The notes beneath the pieces were generated by a model. It saw only the letters and a list, made by a program, of their open reading frames with translations. It was not told the DNA's origin and ran no database searches. The position numbers and the translations under genes are program-made. DNA of 63,939 bases, filler included, from Choristocarpus tenellus KU-1152 (Eukaryota; Protista; Phaeophyceae): assembly GCA_964200185.2 (NCBI GenBank). It is 10 parts of 10 records of this genome, joined end to end, with 100 filler letters (N's around TTAATTAATTAA, not from the genome) between each part and the next. Parts side by side here need not be neighbours in the genome. Positions count along the whole stretch, not along the records: positions 36,222 to 41,332 come from CAXNAD020011831.1; positions 41,433 to 47,512 come from CAXNAD020008990.1; positions 47,613 to 56,369 come from CAXNAD020004361.1; 7 more parts are not named here. The stretch is one strand, 5' to 3'. This document shows, one piece after another, positions 40,988 to 53,286 of this stretch. The first letter of the stretch is position 1; each line of letters opens with the position of its first letter.

Positions 40988-42902
40988 AAGATTGGCAACC
41001 CCCAAAATAGTACATGGGCGGACCTTGACTTAATACTGTTTAAGCTACTCACAGGACACTGTGACGTCCAATGAGCTCCGAGTTGTGACCTGACGATGTT
41101 GACGTTGTGGTGCGGTCACTCCCTGATGGATTTGAGTTTGTCCCCTGCCAGGGGCAAGGGATATCGATTGAGGATTTCCGCTCGTCCACAAGGCGAGAAG
41201 GGGGAGTATGTTAGGTTAACATTAAAAAAGAGGCCCTTAAAAAGTGCCGCAACATTAACAAAAAAAGACCCAAAGTATCCGGGAGGGGGGGGGGGTCTAC
41301 ATCAGAGTGTCCAATTGGACCAAAATCAGGAANNNNNNNNNNNNNNNNNNNNNNNNNNNNNNNNNNNNNNNNNNNNTTAATTAATTAANNNNNNNNNNNN
41401 NNNNNNNNNNNNNNNNNNNNNNNNNNNNNNNNTTCGCCCTTTATCCCCAAATACTTGATGCAGCATCTGCTCAGAAAGTTGGGGTTTGGGGGGGGGGGGT
41501 GGGGGGTAGGAAACCACATATTTAATGCTTCACCCATGCCCAGCATTGATCAGATGACATGGAGTGTGACACCTTATGACAATAAAGGTTTAGGATTAGA
41601 AAGGCCCGATTGTGTTATTAATCAAGTCTGATCATGTTCACATGCACAAAATAAGATTAGGGCTTGCATTACTGTGCTTGATAGTATACCTCAAATGCTT
41701 TGGAGCATGTATTTATTCCCTAAAAACTTGGACAACCAAACAACCTATTCGGCACTTTCTTTGAATGTGACAAGAAATAACACAATTTCATGATAATGAT
41801 GATTACATTAACTATTCTTACTACTGATTTCATTATTGCAATTATCCAATGAGAAATACAGAAAAAAACAGTTCTGGATAAGACAACAAATCGAAAACTT
41901 ACCAGTTACAAGGGAGAGACGTTTTAGGGAAAGGAAGTTACAGGCACCTAGAAACACACTTGCCCTCCTCTATCTTGAGATGTGTAGGTGACTTTGGATT
42001 GGGCACACTGCAATTTCTTGAAGCAGGCCACCATCAACCCATTCCCCAAACCCAGGCACCATTGGGTTAGGCAAAGGTAAACATCCAAGCCTAGGGTTAG
42101 GGCCAAGGACGGTTAACTTACCAGGTGTGAGTTTGTGAACCACTGTTGCGCATCCAAAAACTGAACTTGCAACCCTAACCCTGTAGTTATGGATTGCACA
42201 TTAAAGTCAATCCAAAGGCACTTCCTCGAATCCTCACCTGTATGGCCTAGCGCAATTGATTTCACCAGTTTGGTTTCTTTCCTGATGGGTAAGAAATGGT
42301 AAATTGCCAGTATATTATAGGTCTGATCATCACATGGGCAACTAACTTGAGGAGAACATGTAACAAGGAAGGGTCATCTCTTGCAATCTGCACAACTTGC
42401 AAAGAGTACAATGTTATTGGCTCTGTTCATGTATCCTCGACTAACCTCCTTTTCCACCCCTTTAAACACTCTTTGCTACTAATACTATTAATACTTACAA
42501 CTGTGAGGTTGGTAAATACATAAAGTCATTGAAATCCTTAATAGTCACACCAACAACCAAGGCATGAAAGGCACTGGAGTGCCCATATCTGTCCGTGAAG
42601 TCCAAACCCGTCCAAGTACCTGAGAGTGTCTTCACAAGAAAATTGGGCAATTCGCATCTGTCTGTACTACCCAACCATGTCCCAATTGAATCAAGGCCGA
42701 GGGAAGACAAGCTTGGAAAGGAAAAAGAAGTTGAGGGAAGGAAGTGCAGGAAATTATGAGAAGAACTCAACCTTTAGAGGAGGGCTAGAATTAGCACCCC
42801 TTGCCCACAATATGAACAATTGATGTCCGCTGTGAACCAGGTTGATAAAAAAAGCTTCAATTTTGAAACTGCATCAGTCCCTGTTGCACTGCAGGAGCAT
42901 AC

Positions 42903-44275
42903 CTGGGTCTGCATACGTGTCCGAACAACCCAGAAGGGGTTGGTCACAAGATCTGTTATTGCTCCTGCAGCTATGGCCGGAAGGAGGTGGTGGTCTTGCC
43001 CTGTTGCTTGCTTGAACACCCCTTTAGCTTGCTCATAAACATGGAAGTATATTCCCCTGTGAAAAAAATAGTATGGTAGGAAGCAATGATTCAGGGAATC
43101 AATTGACACACCACCTCAGAGTTTCCACATACTGAAAGGTCTAAATTTTCCATCAAGTCCCAGCTCAATGCCCTTACAAGCTGGGAACATACCAACATCA
43201 CAGTACTACGACGAATCATCCTCGCATTTCGAGAAGCAACAGCAAAGATCTCAAGGAACACCTGATGATTCACAGTGGTACAATCTAGACACGATTTTGA
43301 GTTCTACCAGTCCTTAGGGACGGGGTACCCCATTCGATGAAACAAGGTTGGAGCAATTTGAACAAAAACGAGACCCTAAAGTATCCAAACAACGGGCTGA
43401 GAGCCTCTGACCATGCGCAAGATAAATCCGAAAGTTGCAGTATTGTGTATACTTTTACATTTCCGCGCTTGTGTATAATGACCATGACTCGGTGCTTGTG
43501 TGCGCCAAAGAGTCGTCCACCGTGGCAAGTGTACATTTGTTTCGATCCTCAACCAAGTCAATATCTGATAGTATAGTTCTCCCCCAATGTTAAGATGCCC
43601 AACTGCTTCCATTGGGCATTGTAGGGAACCCAATAAAATGCTGAGTGAGGTCCCAAAACAAACACATCACAGCAAGGCAAAAAAAAATCTCGAAACTGGA
43701 TTTACAAACTATCACAGCTTAAGCAACATCGTTCAACATACCTTGCCCTTAAGGACGACACCTCAGGGTGTCAACCCAAAATTGCGACTTTTCAAGCGGT
43801 AGTGGCCACAGCAGAAGTCTGGGATATGCCAACAGTACATCATTGACGGTACTGCCAAAACCAAGGGGTGCGTATACTAATTTGGTAACGACCTCTACAA
43901 CACGGTGCATCTCACAGCGTTGGACTTGCCAGAAGATGGGGATGCATATCATTGCTGGCGCCAGGCCCTTATACCATCCCCTCGCTCCCTCTTCAACCCA
44001 TATCGTCGTCAAGGTAGGCAGGACGCCGCAGTATTTCCGAGGAGCATTCCGTGGAAGGACAGCATCTTAATGAGGGAGTGTGAGAGGAGGTAAAGTAGGA
44101 AAATAGTAAGAGGAGATCGCTTCGATTACCATCCCAGGAGCAATAAGAGGAAGACATTCTTACCCTGAACCTGTATTCTGATCTTCGCCACATCCAAGGG
44201 CGAGCATAGAATAGAGCAAACCAGGCCTGCTCCTGCTCCCGAGATCAATGGGATGGCTTCCATTTTGACCAACAT
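42903..44275 (-). CDS. Mitochondrial carrier (NAD+/folate carrier-like), 3'-partial; exons 44164..44275, 43930..44065, 42903..43056
   Basis: Carrier signatures PLDVAKIRIQ, EGARGWYKGL, PIFWGIYFHVYE, NPFWVVRTRMQ. The PxWxxRTR variant is typical of the NDT1/SLC25A32 group. Start could be 44263. Confidence 0.93.
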
Positions 44276-45604
44276 TACATTGATTTTTGTTAGATTTGAT
44301 GTATCCCATCCTCATACCGTTTATTTCCGCACAGATTCCATATTTTTACTAAGCTCAATGGCATTTTGTAGACGTTGTCATGTAAAAGGAAGTTCTGATA
44401 GTTTTCATTGGTTTCCCCCTGACACATCTGCAAAATGTCAGAGGGCATAATAATAAAATAGTAGGGATTTTTCTGACGTTAATAGTTTTTCCTTGGGTCT
44501 GGAAAATGTCATAAGCGAAAAACAAAATAGTAGTATTTTAGAAATGTTCCTGTAAATAATGTAGTTAGTATAGTTAGTCTTATAAATGGTAAGGATATCT
44601 CTCTTCTTTGTTCGATTTGCTATATTCTTATAGTGGTACCAATAGCTTAGTCTAAGGTTGTCCGTCATAACTTTTGATGTAGACATTAGAATTAAAAAAT
44701 AATAGCATATTCGTGATGCCCGTCACGATGCCCTCCAAAGTGCGGGCTTCAGTTTTTTATTCTATTTTAGAAGAAAGACCAGTCATATTGAGGCTCGAAC
44801 CCTGGATTGTAGGTCACCAAGAGTGGCAACAGATATACTCTTACTTGATTAAAGTATAGGGTTTCGCCAGGAAAAAGGCCTCCTCACCCTTTCTTCCTGT
44901 GTGTTCAAGCACCTATTCTTTGACCTCGGCAAGGATGTCCTCATCGAGGCCCAGAACGAAATGCCTCTCGTCGTGCCCTTGCTCCAACTCCTTGATGTGG
45001 CCCTTAGGAAGTCTCTCTCCCATTTACTCACAGTTTTCAACCTGGCAATCGCATATCCTGCAGCCATCTTGAGCACCGTTTGACGATGTTTCCCGTCATT
45101 CAAACACAGGTACAGGATTCGCAGTGTTAGAGCCTTTACTATCACATTTCCTCATTGAGCACCGGAAATGGGTTACCTTCTTTCAGGCTTCAGAGCCCTT
45201 GTAGCCCAACCCTAACACCTTCTTTCTCGTTTCCTAAGCCCCTCTGGCTCACATAGCTTCCAAGCAACTAGAGCTGCAACTATCGACAACTAAGATATTC
45301 TACACACAGATTCTCGCTTAGGCATTTCCTGAGCTCAATGAACCACAGTCACACTGTTCTCCTCCCCAACCTTCCCTTCGGGCGGTCACTCTGGTTCTCC
45401 CTTCGCCCACCGTGACCAGGCTTCCCCACAGACTTCGTCACTGTACCACACCTGCTGATGGACTTGCTGCTCTCTTCCTGCTTTCCCGAGGCAGCACGGA
45501 CTGTAGAGCAGTGCTCTGACATGGTTGAAGATCCAACCACGTTAGTATGGTAATGCTTTCCATTCATCTTCTCTCAGCATCAGTGTCGCAGCTGCGTGGT
45601 CCAT

Positions 45605-45862
45605 GAGTGAAAGTATCTTAGAGGGTACGAGTTTTTGCCCTGTTTGTCCGTTTGGAGCTTGACTTCTCATGGCTTTTTTATGACATTTTCCTATCGGAAA
45701 TGTTTGGGAGTAGGTAAAATGTATACGTTATGAAAAGGTGTGTCCAGAACAAGGATATTGGCACTTCGTAAAAAACGCGATAGTCAAAATTACATCAAAA
45801 TCGCAACATTGAATGTTGGCCCCCAAACGGACGCGGCTCTACCCTCTAAGATACTTTGACTC
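45605..45862 (+). mobile_element. 258-bp MITE, family A, 4-bp TSD CCAT
   Basis: 23-bp TIR GAGT(G/C)AAAGTATCTTAGAGGGTA with CCAT on both flanks. Confidence 0.95.
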
Positions 45863-46369
45863 CCATTTCGCAATTTGATCATGCTGCTGCGCCACACTAC
45901 ACGCACTTTCTAATCGCCTAACATCGCACCAAATGTCACACGGTACTTGTTTTTTTGGTCGCCTCTCAACAAAGAAGGTGCCAAGGGTAGATCCAGGGAG
46001 AAGAGTGGCCTCGGCGGCTCTCCTTGTCTCATCGTCATGGTCCATATTGCTGTGTGGGTCACCTGTATGTGTGTTCACGGAAAGTCTGCAAAAGACGCTA
46101 AGAAGATGTCCGAGAATCTTGCTTTTTTTTCGGTATTTCCACACGCACCGTAAATTGACAGGGGCTAATTTGGACCAGTTTGTTGCAGGGAATTCAACCA
46201 ACCACTTCATTTTTGTATCTTTTGAGGTTGTGACCATCAAAATTGCGCCGTCGTTATTCCCTCGCTTTTTTGCCATTCTTTGATTCGGATATAGTTCCTG
46301 TTCGCTGGAGTTAGTACATTCCTGCATACAGATCTTCACCCCCTCTTGGCATAAGTGTTCATTTGATAT

Positions 46370-46627
46370 GAGTGAAAGTATCTTAGAGGGTACGAGTTTT
46401 CCCCTGTTTGTCCATTTGGGGCTTGGCTTCCTATGGTTTCTAATGACATTTTACCTACCCCAAAATGTTTCAGAATACGTAAAACGTGTATGTTATGAAA
46501 AGGTGTGTCCAGAACAAGGATGTTGATATCTCCTAACAAACACGATAGCCAAAGTTACATCAAAATTGCAAAATTGGATCTTGACCCCCAAATAGACGCG
46601 GCTCTACCGTCCAAGATACTTTGACTC
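46370..46627 (+). mobile_element. 258-bp MITE, family A
   Basis: Same TIRs and interior; TAT on both flanks. Confidence 0.95.
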
Positions 46628-47612
46628 TATGTATATTGTTGGGTACCTCTCGTTGCAAGACAGTGAAAAAGCGCAAGATTGCCACAGACCGCGAACCTAT
46701 TGGTACCACTCACATATCCAACACCACTCTCCCGTTGTGCCTTTAGCCTAGCTTAGCCCTACACCACAGGGCGAACCTAGGTTACCCCGACACTGGGCTA
46801 CACCACATATATATATATATATATATATGTATCCCCTCCAACTCTTTACATATGTGTAAGGAAATAGTCAAAAACATTATTACAAAGACTCATATAAAAA
46901 TAACAGGTGTCAATTTTACTACAAAAAAATTGCCATTTCAAAACTGGCAACGAAAAGGTTGGGCAATACCCTCCAGCCCCTCTCCCCCGTATTGAATAGG
47001 TGGACATCTCATCCAGGAAACACTCTGCTTGCTTACCAAGCCGCCCAAAACATATTTTTTTCTGGAGTCGAGATTGATACTAGGAGGGTCAAAAGATACC
47101 TCTCGTAGTGAGTGTGCTTTGATGTCTCTACCACAGCAGGAGGTACACCATTGCTGGTGGATAAGTGGGTCAAATGACAGACTGATTGGATCTCTGAAAA
47201 ATCATCATCTAGAAGGAGGCCTTTGTCTCGGTTGTATGGAGGCCCTTTCATTGGCCCCCTGTTCCTCTGTATCATCCAGGAGGCTGACCGGTTGGGTCCG
47301 AATGGAGTAAGTCAAAGTAAACGAGAGGTACCCAAAGTTGCATTTTAAGGATGCCCACAAATACGTACAAAATTCGTCATTTATTACAAGTGCGTATAGG
47401 ATAATTTTCTAATTTCATCGAAAATTTTCGAAACAATAGAGAAATCCTCTCAAGTCAAACTAGCACTTCATCGATAGAAATATGAGACCCAAAGTATCTG
47501 GGGGGAGGGGGGNNNNNNNNNNNNNNNNNNNNNNNNNNNNNNNNNNNNNNNNNNNNTTAATTAATTAANNNNNNNNNNNNNNNNNNNNNNNNNNNNNNNN
47601 NNNNNNNNNNNN

Positions 47613-47746
47613 AAATCCGACACGTGCGACCAAATCACACCAAAAAAGTGAAAATCGAAAAGAAGAGTGAAAATCGAAAAGAAGAGTGAAAATCGAAAAG
47701 AGCGAAAAACGGACGCCCGCACCCCCCACCTCAGATACTTTTACCC
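47613..47746 (-). mobile_element. Terminus of related TIR family B, with 19-bp tandem GTGAAAATCGAAAAGAAGA x3
   Basis: Ends in CAGATACTTTTACCC. Shares ATCCGACAC(G/A)TGC(G/A)ACCAAATCAC with the inverse of 37025-37120. Similar termini at ~8385-8403, 13818, 14012, 36244, 41267, 47486. Confidence 0.75.
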
Positions 47747-48803
47747 ATCAAAAAACTGATAAGGGGGGTGTAAAGGTGTTTTGACCAAAAGCCCTCTTAT
47801 TATTTTCATCATCCACCCGATTTCTTTGGTCTTCTATGCAACTGCTCTTTACGTGCTCCAATCATAACCTTTATTCTGCAACTTCTTAGTTAGGAACTTT
47901 GAAATTTTCTCCTGTAATGTTGCGTATGCATTCCGAATCTTACTCTATATCTTCTATGAAATCAGCTTTATTCTGTAAGGCTACCTATGTATTACTAATC
48001 TCGTATATTGTTCGCACTTGTTAGAACACGACAAACAATCCTCACACTCTCCGTCTGTCATAAATTTTCGTGTTTGGTAAAACATGAGAAGAAATGATCG
48101 CGCTATTCGCCTGTATCATACCCCCCAGTGTGAACTAGCAATACATGTTTCACGCTTACCACAGGCGATTGTCACCGGTGAAGATAATAGATATCATCAA
48201 TCACCTCAGATCATCCTGTAGCAAGAAAAAAAGGAAGAGTAAAAAGATACCGTACTCCTACTAGGTCCACAACATCTATCCTTAACTTGGGAAAAATCTG
48301 TCAGCATCTAGTCTAATCTTAGGGTATATTCACTCTCTCTAAAGTACAGCTTCCCTAGAGTGCCAAGTATCATCTGATTATTGCCTGCTTCATGCCCCCC
48401 AGCACGAAGCATACTGACGGCTGCTAGAGCGTAAAACAGGGAATAACATCAGCGTCGGCAAAAAAAAGAAAAAGAAGAAGAATAATAAAAGAAAGGAGGC
48501 AAGGGATAGAGGAGGGAGAACTTAAGCAATGTACAGCAAAGCAAGTAAGGATGTACGGGGACACCAGGGCTGACAAAAAGAGAAAAAAGAATAAATAAAT
48601 AAATAAGGAGAAAAAAGGAAAGAAAAGAGAAACATAAGAACTACTGCCTGGGCTGATATTATGGGTTACTTCATGTTTCTCACTTCTCCTGTCTTCCGTT
48701 CTGTGGAGACTAGGACTGTCAATGCTTGATTCCTGTGTTCTTACATGAATCGGCTAGTCCTCACGTACCTTGTCTTCTGGGTGTATAGTGGTTACCTGTT
48801 GGA

Positions 48804-50325
48804 TCATTTTTGGGAGAAGCGACTCATTTCGCTTTTGTTCAATTCCTCCCAATCCCCATCATTAAACCGTACCCTCCAGTAAGGTGACTTGAAGTCAAAA
48901 CCTGTACCTGTGTACCACTTATCCCTTCCCTTCTTGTCTTTCCATGACTTCTTGACAGTGGTACCTGTGGGGAAAAGGCATAATACATCCTCTCTAGACA
49001 AGGGTTTTCCTTAGCGAGAGGTTTCAGTAGGACGTGGGCTCGTGTCTGGATTATGGAGATCCCAGAAGCCATGGAAGACATCTAACTGTAGTGGGTTGAA
49101 GCTATCAATAGCCTCTTTCTCGGTTACCCAGTCTGACAACTCTCCACTCTGATACTTCCCCCGGTACTCCCAGTGCTATACATTGAATGGCGACAATACT
49201 GCTTTCCTATCAGTAAGAGTGTACATAGGGGTTGCTACCACGGATGCTCTGATAGACTCAGGTCCGATTCCCACACTAGTTGGGTGTATTCTTCTTGGAT
49301 GCTATGTCTCAGATGGATGGGCCTTACGTGGAAGGGCTTCACATAAGAAGCATGAACATTACGAGTGCGTGTTTGCCTACCCAGCAGTTCGACTGTCATG
49401 CTGCTACTCTGATGAGAAATTTCCTTTACAGTTCTCGTACTTCCTTGAAGTTCTGTCTTCGTTGCTCAATAAAGGAATCCAATCCTCCAACCTCTATGTA
49501 CCCATCCAACTTGGGTATGACGGCGTCTAGCTATGTGTGGGGATCACGGCAAACAGGACTTGGAAGGGGGTGGGGTTGAGGGGGTCAGATAGCTCTGGAG
49601 TAGTGCGTTGTGCCCAATATGCCGGAGATGCCCACTCACACTATCTATCTGGCCACTTCACACATAGTTCCGACGGGACTTCTAAAAGCAGACCTCCCAT
49701 CTTTTCCACTCCCCCTTGTCCTCCCGAGTTGCCAGTTGGTCCATAATTGATAGGGACCTTCAGCCAACGACAAAGGTGATTCATTATGTCTCCTGTGAAC
49801 TCCCCTCCTGCATCGCTACGAATTGACCGAGGGATCCCGAATGTAAGACATAATTCCAACACATTTGTTGCTACTCCAGTTGCTTCCTTTGACGCCATTG
49901 GCAATGCAAAAGGGAATCTCGAAGCTCTACCAATCACAATTAATAGATACTTGTTGCCTTTTGCTGAGATGTGTCCCACATATTGTAGACCCGTCTCAAG
50001 TACACCCCATGGTTCCAGGAACTTGGCTGGCAGCATTGCCACTTGTGCGCTCCTAGTCATCTTCCGTCTGCAACAGCCACAGGATAAAACATAGTCCTGT
50101 GTGTCTTTGTGGAGTGATGGCCAAATGAAGTATCGACGGGTTAGGACTACTGTGCGTCCAACTACCTGGTGGCTAGTCTGCAGATGTACTGCTATGATGT
50201 CTGACACTAGTGAACGAGGAACTGCTAGCCTAGGCGCATACTCTCCAGGGGTGTACCAGAGTAACTCCTTGTCATCTAGGGAAGATGACTCCACATCTAT
50301 ACTCCCTTTTCCCCACTTGATGAGC
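48804..50325 (-). mobile_element. Decayed Ty3/gypsy integrase (H2C2, core, chromo-like and Tudor-like C-terminus)
   Basis: H..SH..VGRT..YFIWPSLHKDTQDYVLSC..C; GNKYLLIVI; FGIPRSIRSDAGGEF; GQGGVEK; tail WEYRGKYQSGELSDWVTE and YWRVRFNDGDWEEL. Confidence 0.93.
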
Positions 50326-50800
50326 ACATGACCAAACTTCACCACCTTCTGACCAGACTCAAGCAATACGGCCTGTCTGTGAACTTTCCCAAATCCTTGT
50401 CGTGCATGCCCTCACAAGAATTTGTAGGAATGAAGGTAGGCAGAGATGGCTTGAGCCCTGCTCCATCAAAAATGATAGTAGTAGCAAAACTTGATCCCCC
50501 ATCTACAGCTGAGCAGCTAAGAAGTTTCCTAGGCATGACAAGATACATGCGACAGTTTATTCCGAACTATGGCCAAGTAGCTGCACCACTGACTGACATC
50601 CTCCGGAATAAGGGTATGCTTCCAAAAGAGACAGGAAGTAAAGTATTCCTTGGGGATCAGAGGAGCAGAAGGCCTTTGAAGAACTTAAGGTGCGTCTGGT
50701 TTCTCCGCCAATCCTAGTCTTTCCTGATTGGGAGAAGCCGTTCCTCCTCCACAGATGCAAATGAGGAAGGGGCTGGAGCAACGCTAATCCAGGTACAGGA
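50326..50800 (+). mobile_element. Ty3/gypsy RT C-terminus and RNase H N-terminus, opposite strand to the adjacent integrase
   Basis: RLKQYGLSVNFPKS; LRSFLGMTRYMRQFIPNYGQVAAPLTDIL; after a frameshift WGSEEQKAFEELK..LVSPPILVFPDWEKPFLLH.DA..EGAGATL.Q. Confidence 0.93.
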
Positions 50801-51166
50801 TGGAGGCCACAGTGGAGGGATTGGATATGTACCCCCAGGAGAGACTAGAGTGCGTCGGTCAGAGCCTCTTCGCACTCTATGGTGAAATGCTGGAGTCCAA
50901 GGGTGATAATGCCTTCAAAATTCCCCATCTTAGCAAGAAAAACACTGAGAAGGCGGGCAAGCTCCCCCTGAATGCCCCTTTTGATGTGGGGATAAATACT
51001 GTACTGGAATGGAGTTTGGAGGGCTCCGGGGGCAGAATCATATTTAGGTGTAGGCTGCCCCATTTTTTGTGTCTGCACAATATACTCATAAAATATGAAC
51101 ATGTGAGAAAAAATCTTGCTTCTTTGGGGCTGCAAAAGTAATAAATTTAATTATAAGCAGAGGAAG
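50800..51166 (+). mobile_element. 3' fragment of the same DD39D mariner family as 17168-18886
   Basis: MYPQERLECVGQSLFALYGEMLESKGDNAFKIPHL aligns to 18518-18690; ends in TIR ...AGAGGAAG|TA. Confidence 0.9.
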
Positions 51167-52033
51167 TAAATTTGTCATGATGGCACATTCCCATGGTTTG
51201 AATCCTGCATATTCCTGATGGAGGATGAGATGTGAGTCCAGGACGTCCCAACGAGTCAACAAATCATGAATAAATCCAGGATGTCTCAAGGAGTCAACAA
51301 AACCATGGAGGAACACAGGTCGTATCTAAGGCCCCATGTGATGTGCTGAGTATTCTCCCCAGGACGGTGAGACAAGGTCGAACCTCCATGTTACAAAACC
51401 TCCTACCAACTTACCCTGATGGGATGTGTAGCTCCAATCTGCAGGCTGATGATGAGACTCGAAGACAGCGCATGTGATGTGTTTATGGTCTGTCAACCAG
51501 TGAGATGGGTGTTTAACAGGCTGTTAATATTAATTACATGACGTAAAAGTTATTTCAAGCTTTCATGTATAATTGTCTCAAGATGCACCTGAGGGACATG
51601 TGTTGTCCTCAAATGTGAATTCTGAATATCATGAGATCCGTATGTCATGCTTATCAGGCTATTATCTCCCATACATGTCAACTGAATACTCCAATTCATT
51701 TAATATTCTCAAGATATTCGTACCAGTTAAAGCAGGGATTGTTGGATGCAGGTACTTACAAAAAAGAGATACGAAACAGTTTGACAAGAGATTTGTGGGG
51801 TGTTCGCTATTACCGAGTGGCGATCGTGTCATAACTAGTCTCTTTTAAGTATAAAACTACTGCACACACCACATTGCACGGAAGGTCGTTTGCCCCTTCT
51901 TCCATGATAAAAGCAGTTCGACATCTCCTATGACTCTCCCAACATGAATTTCAAATGGACCTACACCACGCTATACATTAAGTAACTTACAGGCAAGGGG
52001 GATCAATTTACCAGCACTTCCTCCAGAGATTGG

Positions 52034-52052
52034 TGGTGTTGACAAAACACCA
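52034..52052 (-). promoter_or_regulatory. Histone 3'-UTR stem-loop (H2B)
   Basis: mRNA sense TGGTGTT-TTGTC-AACACCA, ~60 nt after the stop. Confidence 0.85.
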
Positions 52053-52113
52053 GTTTGTGCGGGTTGAGTGCAGGCTCCATCATGTGGAAGTTAACACCTC
52101 AAGGTAGTCCAAC

Positions 52114-52464
52114 TTAGGACGAGGTGAACTTGGTGACAGCCTTTGTACCCTCAGACACAGCGTGCTTGGCGAGCTCACCAGGGAGCATCAGGCGCACAGC
52201 CGTCTGCACCTCACGAGACGAAAGGGTAGCCTTCTTGTTGTAACGGGTTAGACGACCAGACTCGCTCGCCACACGCTCGAACACGTCGTTAATGAATGAG
52301 TTCATGATCGACATGCCCCTCTTAGAGATACCAGTATCGGGGTGGACCTGCTTCAGAACCTTGTAGATGTACGAGCTGTAAGACTCTGTACGCTTGCTCT
52401 TGTTCTTCTTCTCGCCAGCCTTCTTGGGGGCCTTAACAGACTTCTTGGAGGGTGTCTTAGCCAT
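52114..52464 (-). CDS. H2B: Histone H2B, 116 aa, intronless
   Basis: MAKTPSKK...[16 protein letters not shown]...[23 protein letters not shown]. True start is the ATG at 52464, not the ORF-track start. Confidence 0.99.
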   Translation of the reverse strand: MAKTPSKKSVKAPKKAGEKKNKSKRTESYSSYIYKVLKQVHPDTGISKRGMSIMNSFINDVFERVASESGRLTRYNKKATLSSREVQTAVRLMLPGELAKHAVSEGTKAVTKFTSS

Positions 52465-52833
52465 GGTTTCAGGGTTGAGTGGAGTCTGGGATTGTTGAGA
52501 AAGGAGTGGGGGAAGGAAACTGGAAAGGGTTGACTTTTTCACTTCATCCAACTATCATCAGATGTTCCTCTTCGTGCTCCGCGTTTCTTTTTGATCAATC
52601 CGGTGGCGATATTCAATTCCCATCCAATCACAACTAGCACCAATTACATGTCGTCAATCCAATCCTATTTTCAAATCACTCCTATCTACATAGCATAACA
52701 TACTTCAAAATACCTTCACACTTTCAACTCCCCTATCTATCGTTCCATTCTCCACACGTCGATCACAATCTCCTAAATTCGTAAGGGAACCAGGAATTTG
52801 TACTTCTTATCCACGATCATTAATTAAGAAATT
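52465..52833. promoter_or_regulatory. Bidirectional H2A/H2B promoter
   Basis: 369 bp between divergent ATGs; three CCAAT motifs clustered at ~52624-52663. Confidence 0.7.
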
Positions 52834-53211
52834 ATGTCTGGCAAGGGAAAGGGCGGACGTGGTGACTCCAAGAAGTCGACTTCAAGGTCGGCCAAGGCTG
52901 GGCTTCAGTTCCCAGTAGGTCGTGTTGGCCGCTTCCTTAAGCAGGGCAAGTATGCGACTCGTGTTGGAGCCGGTGCCCCTGTATACCTCGCCGCTGTTTT
53001 GGAGTACCTGACGGCAGAGGTGCTTGAGCTGGCTGGCAATGCTGCCCGTGACAACAAGAAGGCTCGCATCGTTCCCCGTCACATTCAGCTCGCTGTTCGT
53101 AACGACGAGGAGCTAAACAAACTTCTCGGTGAGGTGACCATCGCGTCTGGAGGTGTTTTGCCGAACATCCATGCTGTTCTTCTGCCTAAGAAGTCTGCGA
53201 AGAAGGTTTAA
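52834..53211 (+). CDS. H2A: Histone H2A, 125 aa, intronless, canonical (no SQ[E/D] tail)
   Basis: AGLQFPVGR...[25 protein letters not shown]...[15 protein letters not shown]. Confidence 0.99.
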   Translation: MSGKGKGGRGDSKKSTSRSAKAGLQFPVGRVGRFLKQGKYATRVGAGAPVYLAAVLEYLTAEVLELAGNAARDNKKARIVPRHIQLAVRNDEELNKLLGEVTIASGGVLPNIHAVLLPKKSAKKV

Positions 53212-53267
53212 ACATCTCTCTGACATCACTCGGGTCATATCCTCTTCCGGGACTCTCCCCACCAACT

Positions 53268-53286
53268 TGGTGTTTAGTCAACACCA
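53268..53286 (+). promoter_or_regulatory. Histone 3'-UTR stem-loop (H2A)
   Basis: TGGTGTT-TAGTC-AACACCA, 56 nt after the stop; same stem as H2B. Confidence 0.85.

Noticed and set aside
44849-46339. ORFs around the two MITEs as a host gene
   Set aside because: Frames are broken and partly run into MITE sequence; at most an unidentifiable retroelement remnant.
52465-52551. 29-aa N-terminal extension of H2B in the ORF track
   Set aside because: Starts at a non-ATG codon; MAKTPSK at 52464 is the typical start.
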